A stretch of DNA of 64,000 nt, from NCBI GenBank assembly GCA_963667785.2, contig CAXXMU010000002.1:416001-480000 (forward strand). The letters run 5' to 3'. Origin of the DNA: Alphaproteobacteria bacterium. GTDB taxonomy: Bacteria; Pseudomonadota; Alphaproteobacteria; UBA828. Numbering within the stretch: the stretch's first letter is position 1; each line of letters starts with the position of its first letter. Position numbers and translations under genes: made by a program. Under the pieces are notes generated by a model. The model saw only the letters and a program-made list of their open reading frames with translations. It had not been told where the DNA came from and made no database searches. Positions 39,203 through 52,167 of this stretch are shown here, piece after piece.

Positions 39203-39832
39203 ATGATCATCCAGACCATCATGTTCTACGTGCTCGCCGTGGTGACGGTGGGGGCGGGCGTCATGGTGATCGCCTCGCGCAACCCCGTGCACTCGGTGCT
39301 CTTCCTGATCCTCGCCTTCTTCAACTCGGCCGGGCTCTTCGTGATGATGGGCGCCGAGTTCCTGGCGATGATCCTGATCATCGTCTACGTCGGCGCGGTC
39401 GCCGTTCTCTTCCTCTTCGTCGTGATGATGCTCAACATCAACTACGCCGAGCTCCGGGCGGGCTTCCTCCAGTATCTGCCCATCGGCGGCGTCATCGGCA
39501 TCATATTGCTCGCCGAGCTGGTCCTGGTCTTCGCGTCCGGCGCCATCGACATCGAGGTGCCGACGGAGGTGGCATCGCCGACGCCGCCGCCGGAAGACGT
39601 CACCAACACCGCGGCGCTCGGCAACGTGCTCTATACCCGCTACGCCTACCTCTTCCAGGGCGCGGGCTTCATCCTGCTGATCGCGATGGTGGGTGCCATC
39701 GTGCTCACCCACCGCCGTCGTGCCGACGTCCGGCGCCAGCGCATCGCCGACCAGGTGGCGCGCGATCCCAAGGCCGCCGTTCGCCTCACCGACATCAAGC
39801 CGGGCGCGGAGGGAACATGGAAATCGGACTGA
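39203..39832 (+). CDS. nuoJ: NADH-quinone oxidoreductase subunit J
   Basis: [28 protein letters not shown]. Confidence 0.96.
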   Translation: MIIQTIMFYVLAVVTVGAGVMVIASRNPVHSVLFLILAFFNSAGLFVMMGAEFLAMILIIVYVGAVAVLFLFVVMMLNINYAELRAGFLQYLPIGGVIGIILLAELVLVFASGAIDIEVPTEVASPTPPPEDVTNTAALGNVLYTRYAYLFQGAGFILLIAMVGAIVLTHRRRADVRRQRIADQVARDPKAAVRLTDIKPGAEGTWKSD

Positions 39833-40125
39833 CCCATTACCTCACCGTGGCCGCGGTCCTCTTCACCCTCGGCGTTGTCGGGATCTTCCTGAACCGCAAG
39901 AACGTCATCATCATCCTGATGGCGATCGAGCTGATGCTGCTTGCGGTCAACATCAACCTGGTCGCCTTCTCGACCTTCCTCAACGACATGGTGGGCCAGG
40001 TCTTCGCCATGCTCGTGCTCACCGTCGCCGCCGCCGAGGCGGCGATCGGGCTCGCCATCCTGGTGGTCTACTTCCGCAATCGCGGCAGCATCGCCGTCGA
40101 GGACGTTAACGTGATGAAGGGCTAA
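39817..40125 (+). CDS. nuoK: NADH-quinone oxidoreductase subunit K
   Basis: [23 protein letters not shown]. Confidence 0.96.
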   Translation: MEIGLTHYLTVAAVLFTLGVVGIFLNRKNVIIILMAIELMLLAVNINLVAFSTFLNDMVGQVFAMLVLTVAAAEAAIGLAILVVYFRNRGSIAVEDVNVMKG

Positions 40126-40131
40126 GGCGCG

Positions 40132-42060
<1,929 letters not shown>

Positions 42061-42064
42061 CGGC

Positions 42065-43606
42065 ATGACCGATTGGCCGATCCTGTCCACCGTCACCTTC
42101 CTGCCGCTGGTCGGAGTCCTCTTCATCCTGATGATCCGGGGCGACGAGCGGCAGGTCGCGGCCAATTCGCGCCACCTGGCGCTCTGGACCTCGGTGGTCA
42201 CCTTCGCGCTCTCGGTCGTGCTCGTCGCCGACTTCGACACCACGACGGCGGAGTTCCAGTTCGTCGAGCACGTACCCTGGCTGCCCGAGCACAACATCGG
42301 CTACCACCTGGGCGTCGACGGGATCTCGATCTTCTTCCTGGTGCTCACCACCTTCCTGATCCCGATCTGCATCCTCGCCTCGTGGGAGGCGATCGCGACG
42401 CGCGTGCGCGAGTTCATGATCGCCTTCCTGGTGATGGAGACGCTGATCGTCGGCGTCTTCTGCTCCCTCGATTTCGTGATGTTCTACATCTTCTTCGAGG
42501 GGCAGCTCATCCCGATGTTCCTGATCATCGGCATCTGGGGCGGCGCACGGCGGGTCTACTCGGCCTTCAAGTTCTTCCTCTACACGCTGGTGGGCTCGGT
42601 GCTGTTCCTGCTGGCGATCCTCTTCATGTATCTCGACGCCGGCACCACGGACATCCCGACGCTGCTGCTTCACGACTTCGCGCCGGCGGTGCAGACCTGG
42701 CTCTGGCTCGCGCTCTTCGCCTCGTTCGCCGTGAAGCTGCCGATGTGGCCGTTCCACACCTGGCTGCCGGACGCCCATGTGGAGGCGCCGACGGCGGGCT
42801 CGGTGATCCTCGCCGGCATCCTGCTGAAGATGGGGGGCTACGGCTTTCTCCGCTTCTCGCTGCCGATGCTGCCGGATGCGAGCGCCTTCTTCGTGCCCTT
42901 CGTCTACTCGCTGAGCGTGGTCGCGATCATCTACACCTCGCTGGTCGCGCTCATGCAGCAGGACATGAAGAAGCTGATCGCCTATTCCTCGGTCGCCCAC
43001 ATGGGGATCGTCACCATCGGCATCTTCACCTTCACCGGCCAGGGCATCGAGGGCGGCATCATCCAGATGCTGAGCCATGGCATCGTCTCGGCTGCGCTCT
43101 TCCTCTGCGTCGGCGTCGTCTACGACCGCACCCACACCCGCGAGATCGCCGACTATGGCGGGCTGGTGCACCGCATGCCGATTTACGCCTTCGTGCTCAT
43201 GGTCTTCACTCTCGCGGCCATCGGCCTGCCGGGAACCAGCGGTTTCGTCGGCGAGTTCATGGTGCTGGTGGGCGCCTTCCAGTCCAACACCTGGGTCGCC
43301 ATGCTGGCGCTGACCGGCGTGATCCTCGGCGCGGCCTACATGCTCTGGCTCTACCGGCGCGTGATCTTCGGCGAGCTCACCAAGGAGAACCTCAAGTCGA
43401 TCACCGACCTCAACTGGCGCGAGGTCGGCATCTTCGCGCCGTTGGTCTCGCTGGCACTGGTTCTGGGCCTCTATCCGGAGCCCTTCCTCGACGTGCTGCA
43501 CGTCTCGGTCGAGAACCTGATCGCGCAGACGAACGGCGCGCCCGATCTTCCGATCGCGGAGGCGCCGGTGCGCGGACCACTGGCAGCGCTAGTGGCGCCG
43601 AACTAG
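42065..43606 (+). CDS. nuoM: NADH-quinone oxidoreductase subunit M
   Basis: [34 protein letters not shown]. Confidence 0.98.
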   Translation: MTDWPILSTVTFLPLVGVLFILMIRGDERQVAANSRHLALWTSVVTFALSVVLVADFDTTTAEFQFVEHVPWLPEHNIGYHLGVDGISIFFLVLTTFLIPICILASWEAIATRVREFMIAFLVMETLIVGVFCSLDFVMFYIFFEGQLIPMFLIIGIWGGARRVYSAFKFFLYTLVGSVLFLLAILFMYLDAGTTDIPTLLLHDFAPAVQTWLWLALFASFAVKLPMWPFHTWLPDAHVEAPTAGSVILAGILLKMGGYGFLRFSLPMLPDASAFFVPFVYSLSVVAIIYTSLVALMQQDMKKLIAYSSVAHMGIVTIGIFTFTGQGIEGGIIQMLSHGIVSAALFLCVGVVYDRTHTREIADYGGLVHRMPIYAFVLMVFTLAAIGLPGTSGFVGEFMVLVGAFQSNTWVAMLALTGVILGAAYMLWLYRRVIFGELTKENLKSITDLNWREVGIFAPLVSLALVLGLYPEPFLDVLHVSVENLIAQTNGAPDLPIAEAPVRGPLAALVAPN

Positions 43607-43616
43607 GGGCCGGGCG

Positions 43617-45077
43617 ATGCAACCCTTCGTCGAGCCGGACTATCTGCCCGCCCTGCCGGAGCTCTTCCTCGCAGGCGCCTCGGTCGTGCTGCTGATGGCG
43701 GGCGTCTTCATCGGCGACCGCTCGACCCGGCTGATGACCTGGCTCTCCTGCCTCGCCATGGCGATCGCCTTCGCCATGGTGCTGGTGCTGCCGGACGAGC
43801 GGACGACCACCTTCTTCGGCCTCTTCGTGGTCGACGGCTTCGCCGCCTTCATGAAATGCCTGGTGCTGGTGGGCTCGGCGGTCACGCTGATCGTCGGCCT
43901 CGGCTACGTGCGGCGCGAGGGGATGAACCGCTTCGAGTTCCCCGTGCTGATCGTCTTCGCCACCCTCGGCATGCTGCTGATGATTTCGGCGAACGACCTG
44001 ATCGCGCTCTATGTCGGGCTCGAGCTGCAGAGCCTCTCGCTCTACATCGTCGCCGCCTTCCGCCGGGATTCGCTGCGCTCGACCGAGGCGGGGCTGAAGT
44101 ATTTCGTGCTGGGCGCGATCTCGTCGGGCCTGCTGCTCTACGGCTGCTCCATGGTCTACGGCTTCACCGGCACGACCCAGTTCGAGGGGATCGCTGCGGC
44201 GCTGACCGACACCGTGCCGGGCAACGTGGCGGCGGAGACGGGCGTCCTGATCGGCCTCGTGTTCATCGCCGCGGCTCTCGCCTTCAAGGTCTCGGCGGTG
44301 CCCTTCCACATGTGGACGCCGGACGTCTACGAGGGGGCGCCGACTCCCGTCACCGCCTTCTTCGCAGCCGCGCCCAAGGTCGCCGCCATGGCGCTTCTGC
44401 TGCGGGTCTTCCTCGGCCCCTTCCACGAGCTCGCCGGCCAGTGGGACCAGATCATCATCTTCGTCTCGATAGCCTCCATGGGCCTCGGCGCCTTCGCCGC
44501 GATCGGCCAGAAGAACATCAAGCGGCTGATGGCCTACAGCTCCATCGGCCACGTCGGCTATGCGCTGGTCGGACTCTCGGCCGGCACGCCCGAGGGGATC
44601 CGGGGCGTGCTCGTCTACATGGCGATCTACATGGTGATGACGCTCGGCGGCTTCGCCTGCATCCTCGCCATGCGCCAGCGCGGCCAGATGGTCGAGGAGA
44701 TCAGCGACCTCGCCGGCCTCTCCAAGACCAACCCCGCGCTGGCTCTGGCGCTGGCGATCTTCATGTTCTCGATGGCGGGTATCCCGCCGCTCGCCGGCTT
44801 CTTCGGCAAGCTCTACGTGTTCCTGGCGGCGGTAGACGAGGGGCTCTACGGGCTCGCCATCTTCGGTGTCCTGGCGAGCGTGGTCGGCGCCTACTACTAC
44901 ATCAGGATCGTGAAGGTCATGTACTTCGACAAGCCGGCGGAAGGGTTCGACCGCCCGGTCGGCGTGGAACTCAGCGCCGTGCTCGCGGGCACCGGCATCG
45001 TCACGCTCTTCTTCTTCGCCTATCCCGGCCCGATCCTGGCCGGGGCCGAGGCCGCCGCCGCGGCCCTCCTGCCCTGA
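43617..45077 (+). CDS. nuoN: NADH-quinone oxidoreductase subunit N
   Basis: [46 protein letters not shown]. Confidence 0.98.
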   Translation: MQPFVEPDYLPALPELFLAGASVVLLMAGVFIGDRSTRLMTWLSCLAMAIAFAMVLVLPDERTTTFFGLFVVDGFAAFMKCLVLVGSAVTLIVGLGYVRREGMNRFEFPVLIVFATLGMLLMISANDLIALYVGLELQSLSLYIVAAFRRDSLRSTEAGLKYFVLGAISSGLLLYGCSMVYGFTGTTQFEGIAAALTDTVPGNVAAETGVLIGLVFIAAALAFKVSAVPFHMWTPDVYEGAPTPVTAFFAAAPKVAAMALLLRVFLGPFHELAGQWDQIIIFVSIASMGLGAFAAIGQKNIKRLMAYSSIGHVGYALVGLSAGTPEGIRGVLVYMAIYMVMTLGGFACILAMRQRGQMVEEISDLAGLSKTNPALALALAIFMFSMAGIPPLAGFFGKLYVFLAAVDEGLYGLAIFGVLASVVGAYYYIRIVKVMYFDKPAEGFDRPVGVELSAVLAGTGIVTLFFFAYPGPILAGAEAAAAALLP

Positions 45078-45892
45078 CCGCGACCGCAGAGACCGTCGCG
45101 ACCGCCGCCTCGATCGCTCAGGCGGCGCTGCCGCAGGGCTACGCGCTCGTCGCGCTCGACGAGACCGGCAGCACCAACGACGAGGCCCGCGAGCGGGCTG
45201 CCGCGGGCGCAGCCGACGGCACGGTGGTATGGGCGCTTCGGCAGAGGGCGGGGCGCGGCCGGCTCGCGCGCGCCTGGGTATCGCCGCCGGGCAATCTCTA
45301 CCTCTCGGTGATCCTCCGCCCCGTCTGCGAGGCGCGCCACGTCGCCCAGCTCTCCTTCGTCGCGGCGCTCGCGGTGCTCGATCTGGTGGACGGTCCGCTG
45401 CCCGGCCGGGCGCGCTGCAAGTGGCCGAACGATGTCCTGGTGGACGGCGGCAAGGTCGCCGGCGTCCTGCTGGAATCGGCGCTCGGCGCAGGCGGGCGCG
45501 TGGACTGGGTGGTGCTCGGCATCGGCGTCAACCTCGCCTCCCATCCGGGCCTCGAGGGGCCGGTTCCTTCCACCAGCCTGGTGGCTGCCGGCGCCGCGCC
45601 GCGTGCGCCCGAGGACGCGCTGCCCGCGTTGCTCGCGGCGCTCGCCGGGCGCCGGCGCGCGTGGGAGGCCGGGGGCTTCGCGGCGGTCCGCGAGGCCTGG
45701 CTCGCCCGCGCCCACGGGCTCGGCGGTCCGGTGACGGTGACCAGCGGCGAGAGGCGGTTCTGCGGGCTCTTCGAGGGGCTCGACGCGGACGGCGCGCTGG
45801 TGCTCGCCCAGGCGGGCGGCGCGCGGATTACAATCGTGGCTGGCGATGTCTTCTTCGGCGATGCGGGGACGGCCCATGCTGCTCGCGGTTGA
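45074..45892 (+). CDS. birA: Biotin--[acetyl-CoA-carboxylase] ligase (start probably CTG 45074)
   Basis: [42 protein letters not shown]; conserved position after nuoN. Confidence 0.92.
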   Translation: MTATAETVATAASIAQAALPQGYALVALDETGSTNDEARERAAAGAADGTVVWALRQRAGRGRLARAWVSPPGNLYLSVILRPVCEARHVAQLSFVAALAVLDLVDGPLPGRARCKWPNDVLVDGGKVAGVLLESALGAGGRVDWVVLGIGVNLASHPGLEGPVPSTSLVAAGAAPRAPEDALPALLAALAGRRRAWEAGGFAAVREAWLARAHGLGGPVTVTSGERRFCGLFEGLDADGALVLAQAGGARITIVAGDVFFGDAGTAHAARG

Positions 45893-46661
45893 CGCCGGCA
45901 ACACCAACACCGTGTTCGCCGTCTTCGGCGACGACGGGGACGAATCTCCGTTCGGCCAGTGGCGCGCCATGACCGATGCGCGGCGCACGAGCGACGAGTA
46001 CGCGGTCTGGCTGGGCCAGCTCCTGGCGCAGGCGGGCCTCGGCCTCGGCGATATCGACGCGGCGATCGTCTCCAGCGTGGTGCCGCAGGGGATCGGCGCG
46101 CTGAAGTCCCTCTGCGCCGATCACTGCGGCTGCGTCGTGCAGGTGGTCGGCGAGCCGGGGGTCGATCTCGGCATCGCGGTGAACGTGCCGCGCCCCGACG
46201 AGGTCGGGGCCGACCGGCTGGTCAACGCGGTCGGCGCCCACATGCGCCACGACGGCGCGCTGATCATCCTCGACTTCGGCACCGCCACCACGTTCGATTC
46301 GGTGAGCGCCGAGGGCGCCTACGAGGGTGGCATCATCGCGCCCGGCATCGCGCTCTCGCTGGAGGCGTTGCACCGGGCCGCGGCCCAGCTTCCGCGCATC
46401 GCGGTCAAGCGGCCCGAGCGCGTGATCGGCAGGGCGACCGTGCCGGCCATGCAGTCCGGCATCTACTGGGGCTATGTCGGGCTGATCGAGGGAATCGTCC
46501 GGCGCATGAAGGCGGAGATCGCCGCGCCTGTGACGACGGTCGCGACCGGCGGGCTGGCCGGCCTCTTCGGCGATGCCACGGCGGCGATCGACGCGGTCGA
46601 CCCGGACATGACGATCCGGGGCCTGCGTGAGGTCCATCGCCGCAACGGGGGCGCGCCGTGA
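45876..46661 (+). CDS. coaX: Type III pantothenate kinase
   Basis: [41 protein letters not shown]. Confidence 0.95.
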   Translation: MLLAVDAGNTNTVFAVFGDDGDESPFGQWRAMTDARRTSDEYAVWLGQLLAQAGLGLGDIDAAIVSSVVPQGIGALKSLCADHCGCVVQVVGEPGVDLGIAVNVPRPDEVGADRLVNAVGAHMRHDGALIILDFGTATTFDSVSAEGAYEGGIIAPGIALSLEALHRAAAQLPRIAVKRPERVIGRATVPAMQSGIYWGYVGLIEGIVRRMKAEIAAPVTTVATGGLAGLFGDATAAIDAVDPDMTIRGLREVHRRNGGAP

Positions 46662-48337
46662 ACGCGCCGCCGCCCCCGCCCGCGGTCCAGCGGGACGCGC
46701 TGCACTTCCTGCCGCTCGGCGGCGCCGGCGAGATCGGCATGAACCTCAACCTCTACGCCTGCCGGGGCCGGTGGCTGATGGTCGATCTCGGCATCACCTT
46801 CGCCGGCGACTCGCTGCCCGGGATCGACGTGATCATGCCGGACCCGGCGTTCATCGAGGAGCGCAGGGACGACCTGCTCGCCATCGTGCTGACCCATGCG
46901 CACGAGGATCATCTGGGCGCGGTCGCCTATCTCTGGCCGAGGCTGCGCTGCCCGGTCTACGCCACTCCCTTCGCCGCCGCGGTGCTGCGCGAGAAGCTGC
47001 GGGACGAGGGCCTGCTCTCCGAGGTGCCGCTGACGGAGGTGGCGCTCTCCGGCCGGCTCGATCTCGACCCCTTCGCGCTCACCTTCATCTCGCTCACCCA
47101 TTCCATTCCGGAGCCGAACGCGCTGCTTATCGAGACGCCCTACGGGCGCGTCATGCACACTGGCGACTGGAAGATCGATCCCGATCCGCTGGTGGGCGAC
47201 CCGCTCGACGAGGCGGCACTGCGGCAGGCGGGCGAGGCGGGCGTGCTGGCGCTCGTCGGCGATTCGACCAATGCGACCGTCGAGGGCGAGTCGGGATCGG
47301 AGGCGGACGTGCGCAGGACGCTCGCCGCGCTGATCGCCGAACGCGAGCACGGCCTTGCCGTCACGCTCTTCGCCTCGAACGTCGCCCGGCTCGAATCGGT
47401 CGCGCTGGCGGCGCGCGATGCCGGGCGGGAGCCGGTGCTGGTCGGGCGCTCGCTGCAGCGCTACGTGCGGGCGGCGCGCGCCAGCGGCTACCTCGACGGC
47501 GTCCGGCTGCTGACGGAGGACGAGGGCGCGCCGCTCCACAAGAGCCAGGTCGTCTACCTCTGTACCGGCTGCCAGGGCGAGCCGCGCGCCGCCATGGCGC
47601 GGATCGCCGGCGACAGCCACCCGCGCGTGAGTCTCGGCACCGGCGACACGGTGATCTTCTCGTCCAAGATCATTCCCGGCAACGAAAGGCCCATCGCAGC
47701 CCTGCACAACAGGCTTGTTCGGCAGGGCGTCGAGGTCATCACCGAGAAGGACGCGGGCGTGCACGTCTCGGGCCATCCCTGCCGGGACGAGCTGCGCCAG
47801 ATGTATCAGTGGGTGAGGCCGCAAATCGCGGTGCCGGTACACGGCGAGGCCCGCCACATGCAGGCGCACGGCGCGCTCGCCCGCGCGCTCCAGGTGCCGG
47901 AGCCGGTGCTGGTCGAGAACGGCGACCTGCTGCGGCTCGCGCCGGGCCCGGCCACGGTCATCGGCCGCGCGCCGGCCGGACGGCTCGCGCTGGACGGCGG
48001 GCAGATCGTGGCGACCGATCACGTCTCCATCGGCGCGCGGCGCAAGCTGATGCACAATGGCGCGGTCTTCGTCTCGGTCGTCGTCGATCGTGGCGGCCGC
48101 ACCCTGATCGCTCCGATGGTTTCCGGCCGCGGGATCCTGGACGGAGACGACGACGAGGCGGCGCGGGACACGCTCTCGGCGGCCGTCGCCGACGCCGTGG
48201 ACGGTCTGCCGCGCAAGCAGGCGCGCGACGGGGCGGCGCTGGAGGAAGCGGCGCGCCTGGCGGTGCGTCGGGCGGTGAAGGTGAGCCACGGCAAGCGGCC
48301 GGTGATCGACGTGCAGATCGCGCGCGTGCCGGGATGA
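46658..48337 (+). CDS. rnj: Ribonuclease J
   Basis: [42 protein letters not shown]. Confidence 0.95.
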   Translation: MNAPPPPPAVQRDALHFLPLGGAGEIGMNLNLYACRGRWLMVDLGITFAGDSLPGIDVIMPDPAFIEERRDDLLAIVLTHAHEDHLGAVAYLWPRLRCPVYATPFAAAVLREKLRDEGLLSEVPLTEVALSGRLDLDPFALTFISLTHSIPEPNALLIETPYGRVMHTGDWKIDPDPLVGDPLDEAALRQAGEAGVLALVGDSTNATVEGESGSEADVRRTLAALIAEREHGLAVTLFASNVARLESVALAARDAGREPVLVGRSLQRYVRAARASGYLDGVRLLTEDEGAPLHKSQVVYLCTGCQGEPRAAMARIAGDSHPRVSLGTGDTVIFSSKIIPGNERPIAALHNRLVRQGVEVITEKDAGVHVSGHPCRDELRQMYQWVRPQIAVPVHGEARHMQAHGALARALQVPEPVLVENGDLLRLAPGPATVIGRAPAGRLALDGGQIVATDHVSIGARRKLMHNGAVFVSVVVDRGGRTLIAPMVSGRGILDGDDDEAARDTLSAAVADAVDGLPRKQARDGAALEEAARLAVRRAVKVSHGKRPVIDVQIARVPG

Positions 48338-48353
48338 GCGGGAGCAGCGGCCC

Positions 48354-48757
48354 ATGATCGGACGCCTGAACCATGTCGCCATCGCCGTGCCTGATCTGGC
48401 TGCGGCGAGCGCGCTCTATCGCGGAACCCTGGGCGCCGCCGTCTCCGACCCGGTCGACCTGCCGGAGCACGGGGTGACCACGGTCTTCGTCACGCTCCCC
48501 AACACCAAGCTGGAGCTGCTGCATCCGCTCGGCGAGGGGTCGCCCATCGCCGGCTTTCTGGCCCGGAACCCGGCGGGCGGCATCCACCATCTCTGCTACG
48601 AGGTGGCGGATATCGCCGCGGCGCGCGACCAACTCTGGCGGACGGCGGACGGGTGCTGGGCGACGGCGAGCCGCGTCCGGGCGCCCACGGCAAGCCGGTG
48701 CTCTTCCTCCATCCCAAGGATTTTCTGGGCACGCTGATCGAGCTCGAGCAGGTGTGA
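48354..48757 (+). pseudogene. mce: Methylmalonyl-CoA epimerase with a 1-nt frameshift near 48635 (true pseudogene or sequencing error)
   Basis: MIGRLNHVAIAVPDL...GGIHHLCYEV.DIAAARDQL in one frame. The conserved C-terminus ADGGRVLGDGEPRPGAHGKPVLFLHPKDFLGTLIELEQV* continues in another frame to TGA 48757. Confidence 0.88.
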
Positions 48758-48767
48758 GGCCCCGCGC

Positions 48768-49010
48768 GTGGACCCCTTCGGCATCATCGTCGTCTTCGTG
48801 ATCGCCTGGTGGATCAGCTTCTTCGTCACGCTGCCGTTCGGCATCAAGCCGATCGAGGAGCCCGAGCCGGGCCATGCGCCCGGCGCGCCGCAACGCCCGC
48901 GTCTCTGGCGCAAGGCGGCGATCGCGACGGTAGCCGGCGGCGTGCTCACCGGCGCCATCGTCGGCGTCGTCGATGCCGGCTGGCTCTCGCTTGAGACCTT
49001 CGCCGAGTAG
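48768..49010 (+). CDS. DUF1467-family small membrane protein
   Basis: IAWWISFFVTLPFGIK...G.APGAP..PRL.RK; conserved position after mce. Confidence 0.85.
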   Translation: MDPFGIIVVFVIAWWISFFVTLPFGIKPIEEPEPGHAPGAPQRPRLWRKAAIATVAGGVLTGAIVGVVDAGWLSLETFAE

Positions 49011-49035
49011 GCGGGCGGCGGCGCGCGATCGGCCC

Positions 49036-49590
49036 ATGACAAGCTACTGCGACATCGCGCCGGGCCACCCCCATCACGGGCCCTATCACGACAGGGAGTA
49101 CGGCTTCCCGGTGCGTGACGACGACCGCCTGTTCGAGCGTCTCGTGCTCGAGATCAACCAGGCAGGGCTCTCCTGGCTCACCATCCTGAAGAAGCGGGAG
49201 GCGTTCACCGCCGCCTTCGAGGGCTTCGAGATCGCGCGCGTCGCGGCCTACGGCGACGCGGCCAGGGCGCGGCTCCTCGCCGATGCCGGGATCATCCGCA
49301 ATCGCCTCAAGGTCGATGCGGCGATCGAGAACGCCCGGCGCATCCGGGCCCTGCAGGGCTCCCATGGCTCGTTCGCCGCCTGGCTCGACGCGCATCACCC
49401 CAGGCCGCACGCCGACTGGGTCAAGCTCTTCAGGGCGCACTTCAAGTTCACGGGCGGCGAGATCATCCGCGAGTTCCTGCTTTCCACCGGCTATCTCGAG
49501 GGCGCGCATCGGCCTGACTGCCCGGTGCATGCGGAGATCCTGAAGCAATCGCCGCCCTGGCTCGCTACGGGCGGAGGCGGCGCCGGCTGA
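49036..49590 (+). CDS. tag: DNA-3-methyladenine glycosylase I
   Basis: YHDREYG, LFERLVLEINQAGLSWLTILKKR, IIRNRLK, AH...C. Confidence 0.92.
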   Translation: MTSYCDIAPGHPHHGPYHDREYGFPVRDDDRLFERLVLEINQAGLSWLTILKKREAFTAAFEGFEIARVAAYGDAARARLLADAGIIRNRLKVDAAIENARRIRALQGSHGSFAAWLDAHHPRPHADWVKLFRAHFKFTGGEIIREFLLSTGYLEGAHRPDCPVHAEILKQSPPWLATGGGGAG

Positions 49591-49599
49591 TACGCCGCT

Positions 49600-49645
49600 G
49601 GCCTTGACTTGCGCGATCGGTCACCATGCCGCGCAAGTGAAGGCC
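49600..49645. repeat. Inverted repeat (terminator or operator) upstream of the SDR gene
   Basis: GGCCTTGACTTGCGCG (49600-49615) and CGCGCAAGTGAAGGCC (49630-49645), 15/16 complementary. Confidence 0.5.
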
Positions 49646-49736
49646 CCGGCGGCGCCGACAATTGCGACGCGCGCAGGGAGCGGGAGACGATGCGCCGTAC
49701 GCCTCGCGCGGCGCCGAAGGGCAGGGAGAGAGAGCC

Positions 49737-50498
49737 ATGGATCTCGGGTTGAAGGGCAGGAAGGCGCTGGTGACCGGCGGTACCAAGGGAATCGGCCGGG
49801 CGATCGCGGACGAGCTGGCGGCGGAAGGCACCGACGTTGCCATTTGCGCGCGCACGGAGGCGGACGTGGAGGAGGCGGTCGCCGCCCTCTCGTCGACCGG
49901 CGTGCGCGCCTCGGGTCGTGCGCTCGACGTGGGCGACGGGCCGGCGGTGCGTCAATGGGTGGACGACGTGGCCGCCGAGTTCGGCGGGCTCGACATCGTC
50001 GTGCCCAACGTCAGCGCGCTCGCGGTGACGCCGGGGCTCGAGGCCTGGCAGCAGGAATTCACGGTCGACATGATGCACACGGTACACACGGTGGAGGCGT
50101 CGCTGCCGCACCTGGAGAAGTCGGACGCGGGCTCCATCGTGGTCATCTCCAGCGTCTCCGGCATCGAGATCGACTTCGCTGCCGGCCCGTACGGCGTCTT
50201 CAAGGCGGCGCTGATCCACTACGCCGCCGGCCTCAGCCGCCAGCTCGCGGATAAGGGCATCCGCGCCAACTCGGTCTCGCCCGGCAACACCTACTTCGAC
50301 GGCGGCATCTGGCAGAGCATCGAGAACGACAATCCGGACTTCTTCAAGTATGCGCTGAGCCTCAACAAGACCGGGCGCATGGCGACGGCCGAGGAGGTCG
50401 CCAACGCCACGGTGTTCCTCGCCAGCCCGCGCGCGAGCTTCATCACCGGCACCAACATCAAGGTGGACGGCGCGCTGACCAACGGCGTGCAGTACTAG
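49737..50498 (+). CDS. Short-chain dehydrogenase/reductase
   Basis: TGGTKGIG, ISSVS, YGVFK (YxxxK), NSVSPG. Confidence 0.92.
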   Translation: MDLGLKGRKALVTGGTKGIGRAIADELAAEGTDVAICARTEADVEEAVAALSSTGVRASGRALDVGDGPAVRQWVDDVAAEFGGLDIVVPNVSALAVTPGLEAWQQEFTVDMMHTVHTVEASLPHLEKSDAGSIVVISSVSGIEIDFAAGPYGVFKAALIHYAAGLSRQLADKGIRANSVSPGNTYFDGGIWQSIENDNPDFFKYALSLNKTGRMATAEEVANATVFLASPRASFITGTNIKVDGALTNGVQY

Positions 50499-50530
50499 GG
50501 CAGTCAGGAGCGGAAGCGGGGGAGGAGCCG

Positions 50531-51001
50531 ATGGCGGAAGAGGGCTGGACGGTCTATCTCTCGGGCGAGATCCACACCGACTGGCGCGACCGCATCCGCG
50601 ACGGTGCGCAGGCGGCCGGCCTTGCCGTGGAGTTCGTTTCGCCCATCACCGACCACGCGGCGAGCGACGATTGCGGCGTCGCCATCCTGGGCGACGAGGA
50701 CCGGCCGTTCTGGAAGGATCACAAGGGCGCGCGGGTGAACGCAATCCGCAACCGCACCCTGATCCGCCGGGCCGACGTGGTCGTGGTGCGTTTCGGCGAC
50801 AAGTACCGGCAGTGGAACGCCGCCTTCGACGCGGGCTACGCCGCCGCGCTCGACAAGCCGATCATCACGCTGCACGAGCCCGCGCTCACCCATGCGCTGA
50901 AGGAGGTGGACGGCGCCGCGCTCGCCGTCGCCGAGACGCCGGAGCAGGTGGTCGAGGTGCTGCGCTACGCGATGACCGGCGCGCTCACCTCCGCCGCCTG
51001 A
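50531..51001 (+). CDS. YtoQ-family protein
   Basis: VYLSGEIHTDWR, VRFGDKYRQWNAAFDAGYA, HALKEVD. Confidence 0.9.
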   Translation: MAEEGWTVYLSGEIHTDWRDRIRDGAQAAGLAVEFVSPITDHAASDDCGVAILGDEDRPFWKDHKGARVNAIRNRTLIRRADVVVVRFGDKYRQWNAAFDAGYAAALDKPIITLHEPALTHALKEVDGAALAVAETPEQVVEVLRYAMTGALTSAA

Positions 51002-51012
51002 GTACGAGCGGC

Positions 51013-51246
51013 ATGGCGGTCGGGACGGTGACGGAGGCGACGTCGGTCGAGCGCTTCTCCGTCCTCACCTGCCCCGCCTGCCGGCATCGCTCGCGGGAGG
51101 AAATGCCGGACGACATGTGCCTCTTCTTCCACGAATGCGCCGGCTGCGGTGCCAGGCTCAGGCCGCTGCCCGGCGACTGCTGCGTCTTCTGCTCCTATGG
51201 CACGGTGCCGTGTCCGCCGAAGCAGGCCGGGCACTGTTCCGCCTGA
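51013..51246 (+). CDS. GDCCVxC-domain small Cys-rich protein
   Basis: TCPACRH..EEMP.D.C.FFHEC.GC...LRPLPGDCCVFCSYGTVPCPP.Q. Confidence 0.88.
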   Translation: MAVGTVTEATSVERFSVLTCPACRHRSREEMPDDMCLFFHECAGCGARLRPLPGDCCVFCSYGTVPCPPKQAGHCSA

Positions 51247-51261
51247 CGGGGAGGAAAGTCC

Positions 51262-51723
51262 ATGCCCAAGATCGACCTCGGCCGGGTGCCGGCGAAGACC
51301 GGCTCGATCTATCCGGCGCCGTTCAAGGGCCAGGCCGAGGGGCGCGTCCGCCAGGCGCTGGGCGATGCGGGCGGGCTGACGCAGTTCGGCGTCAACCTGA
51401 CCCGCCTGCCGCCGGGCGCCGCAAGCGCGCAGCGGCACTGGCACGCGGCCGAGGACGAGCTGGTCTTCGTCGTCTCGGGCGAGCTGGTGCTGATCGAGGA
51501 CGGCGGCGAGACCACGCTCCGCGCGGGCGAGGCGGCGGCGTTCAGGGCCGGCCACGCCGACGGCCACCACTTGGTGAACCGCTCGGCCGAGGACGCCGTC
51601 CTGCTGGAGGTCGGGACCCGCACCGCAGACGAGCGCTGCCTCTATCCCGACATCGACCTGGTCTACGAGAAGACGGACGGCAAGATCCGCTTCACCAACA
51701 GGGCGGGCGAGCCCTACGACTGA
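51262..51723 (+). CDS. Cupin-domain protein
   Basis: LGDAGGLTQFGVNL, QRHWH..EDE, GHHLVNRS, YPDIDL. Confidence 0.9.
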   Translation: MPKIDLGRVPAKTGSIYPAPFKGQAEGRVRQALGDAGGLTQFGVNLTRLPPGAASAQRHWHAAEDELVFVVSGELVLIEDGGETTLRAGEAAAFRAGHADGHHLVNRSAEDAVLLEVGTRTADERCLYPDIDLVYEKTDGKIRFTNRAGEPYD

Positions 51724-51756
51724 GCCTCGGGGAAGGGCGGGCGCGCGCCTCTCGCC

Positions 51757-52167
51757 CTATTCCGCCAGGTCGGGCCGGTAGGTGCCGAAGTGCCAGAGGT
51801 GGCCCTCGGGGTCCTTCGCCGAGAAGTCGCGCGAGCCGTAGGGGGTGTCCTCCAGCTCGCGCACGATCTCGGCGCCGGCCAGGACGGCCTGCGCGTAGCG
51901 GGCGTCGGCGTCTTCGACGACGACGTAGATCGCCTGGGTCACGCCGCCGACCGCGCACGGGCTGCTCAGCGCGAGCGCTTCGTCGCGCTCGGAGACTACC
52001 ATGATCATGCCGCTGCCGAAGGAGAGCTGGGCGTGGGCGATCGTATCGTCCGGTCCGGGGACGACCATGGTCTCGGTGAAGCCGAAGGCCTCCTTGAGCC
52101 AGGCGATCGCGGCGGGCGCGTCGCGGTAGCTGAGGCAGGGGACGATGTGGGGGGCTGGTGTGGTCAT
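51757..52167 (-). CDS. VOC/glyoxalase-family protein (own ATG and RBS, but in frame with the upstream SBP)
   Basis: AAGGAGAAGG RBS before ATG 52167; PCLSYRDAPAAIAWL..AFGF, HAQL, YGSRDFSAKDPEGHLWHFGTY. Confidence 0.85.
   Translation of the reverse strand: MTTPAPHIVPCLSYRDAPAAIAWLKEAFGFTETMVVPGPDDTIAHAQLSFGSGMIMVVSERDEALALSSPCAVGGVTQAIYVVVEDADARYAQAVLAGAEIVRELEDTPYGSRDFSAKDPEGHLWHFGTYRPDLAE

Noticed and set aside
43856-45073. Apparent 400-aa N-terminal extension of BirA
   Set aside because: Off-frame overlap with nuoN; low-complexity shadow translation.
51013-51246. Possible selenoprotein (GDCCVxC family)
   Set aside because: All positions are Cys codons; no in-frame TGA within the motif.
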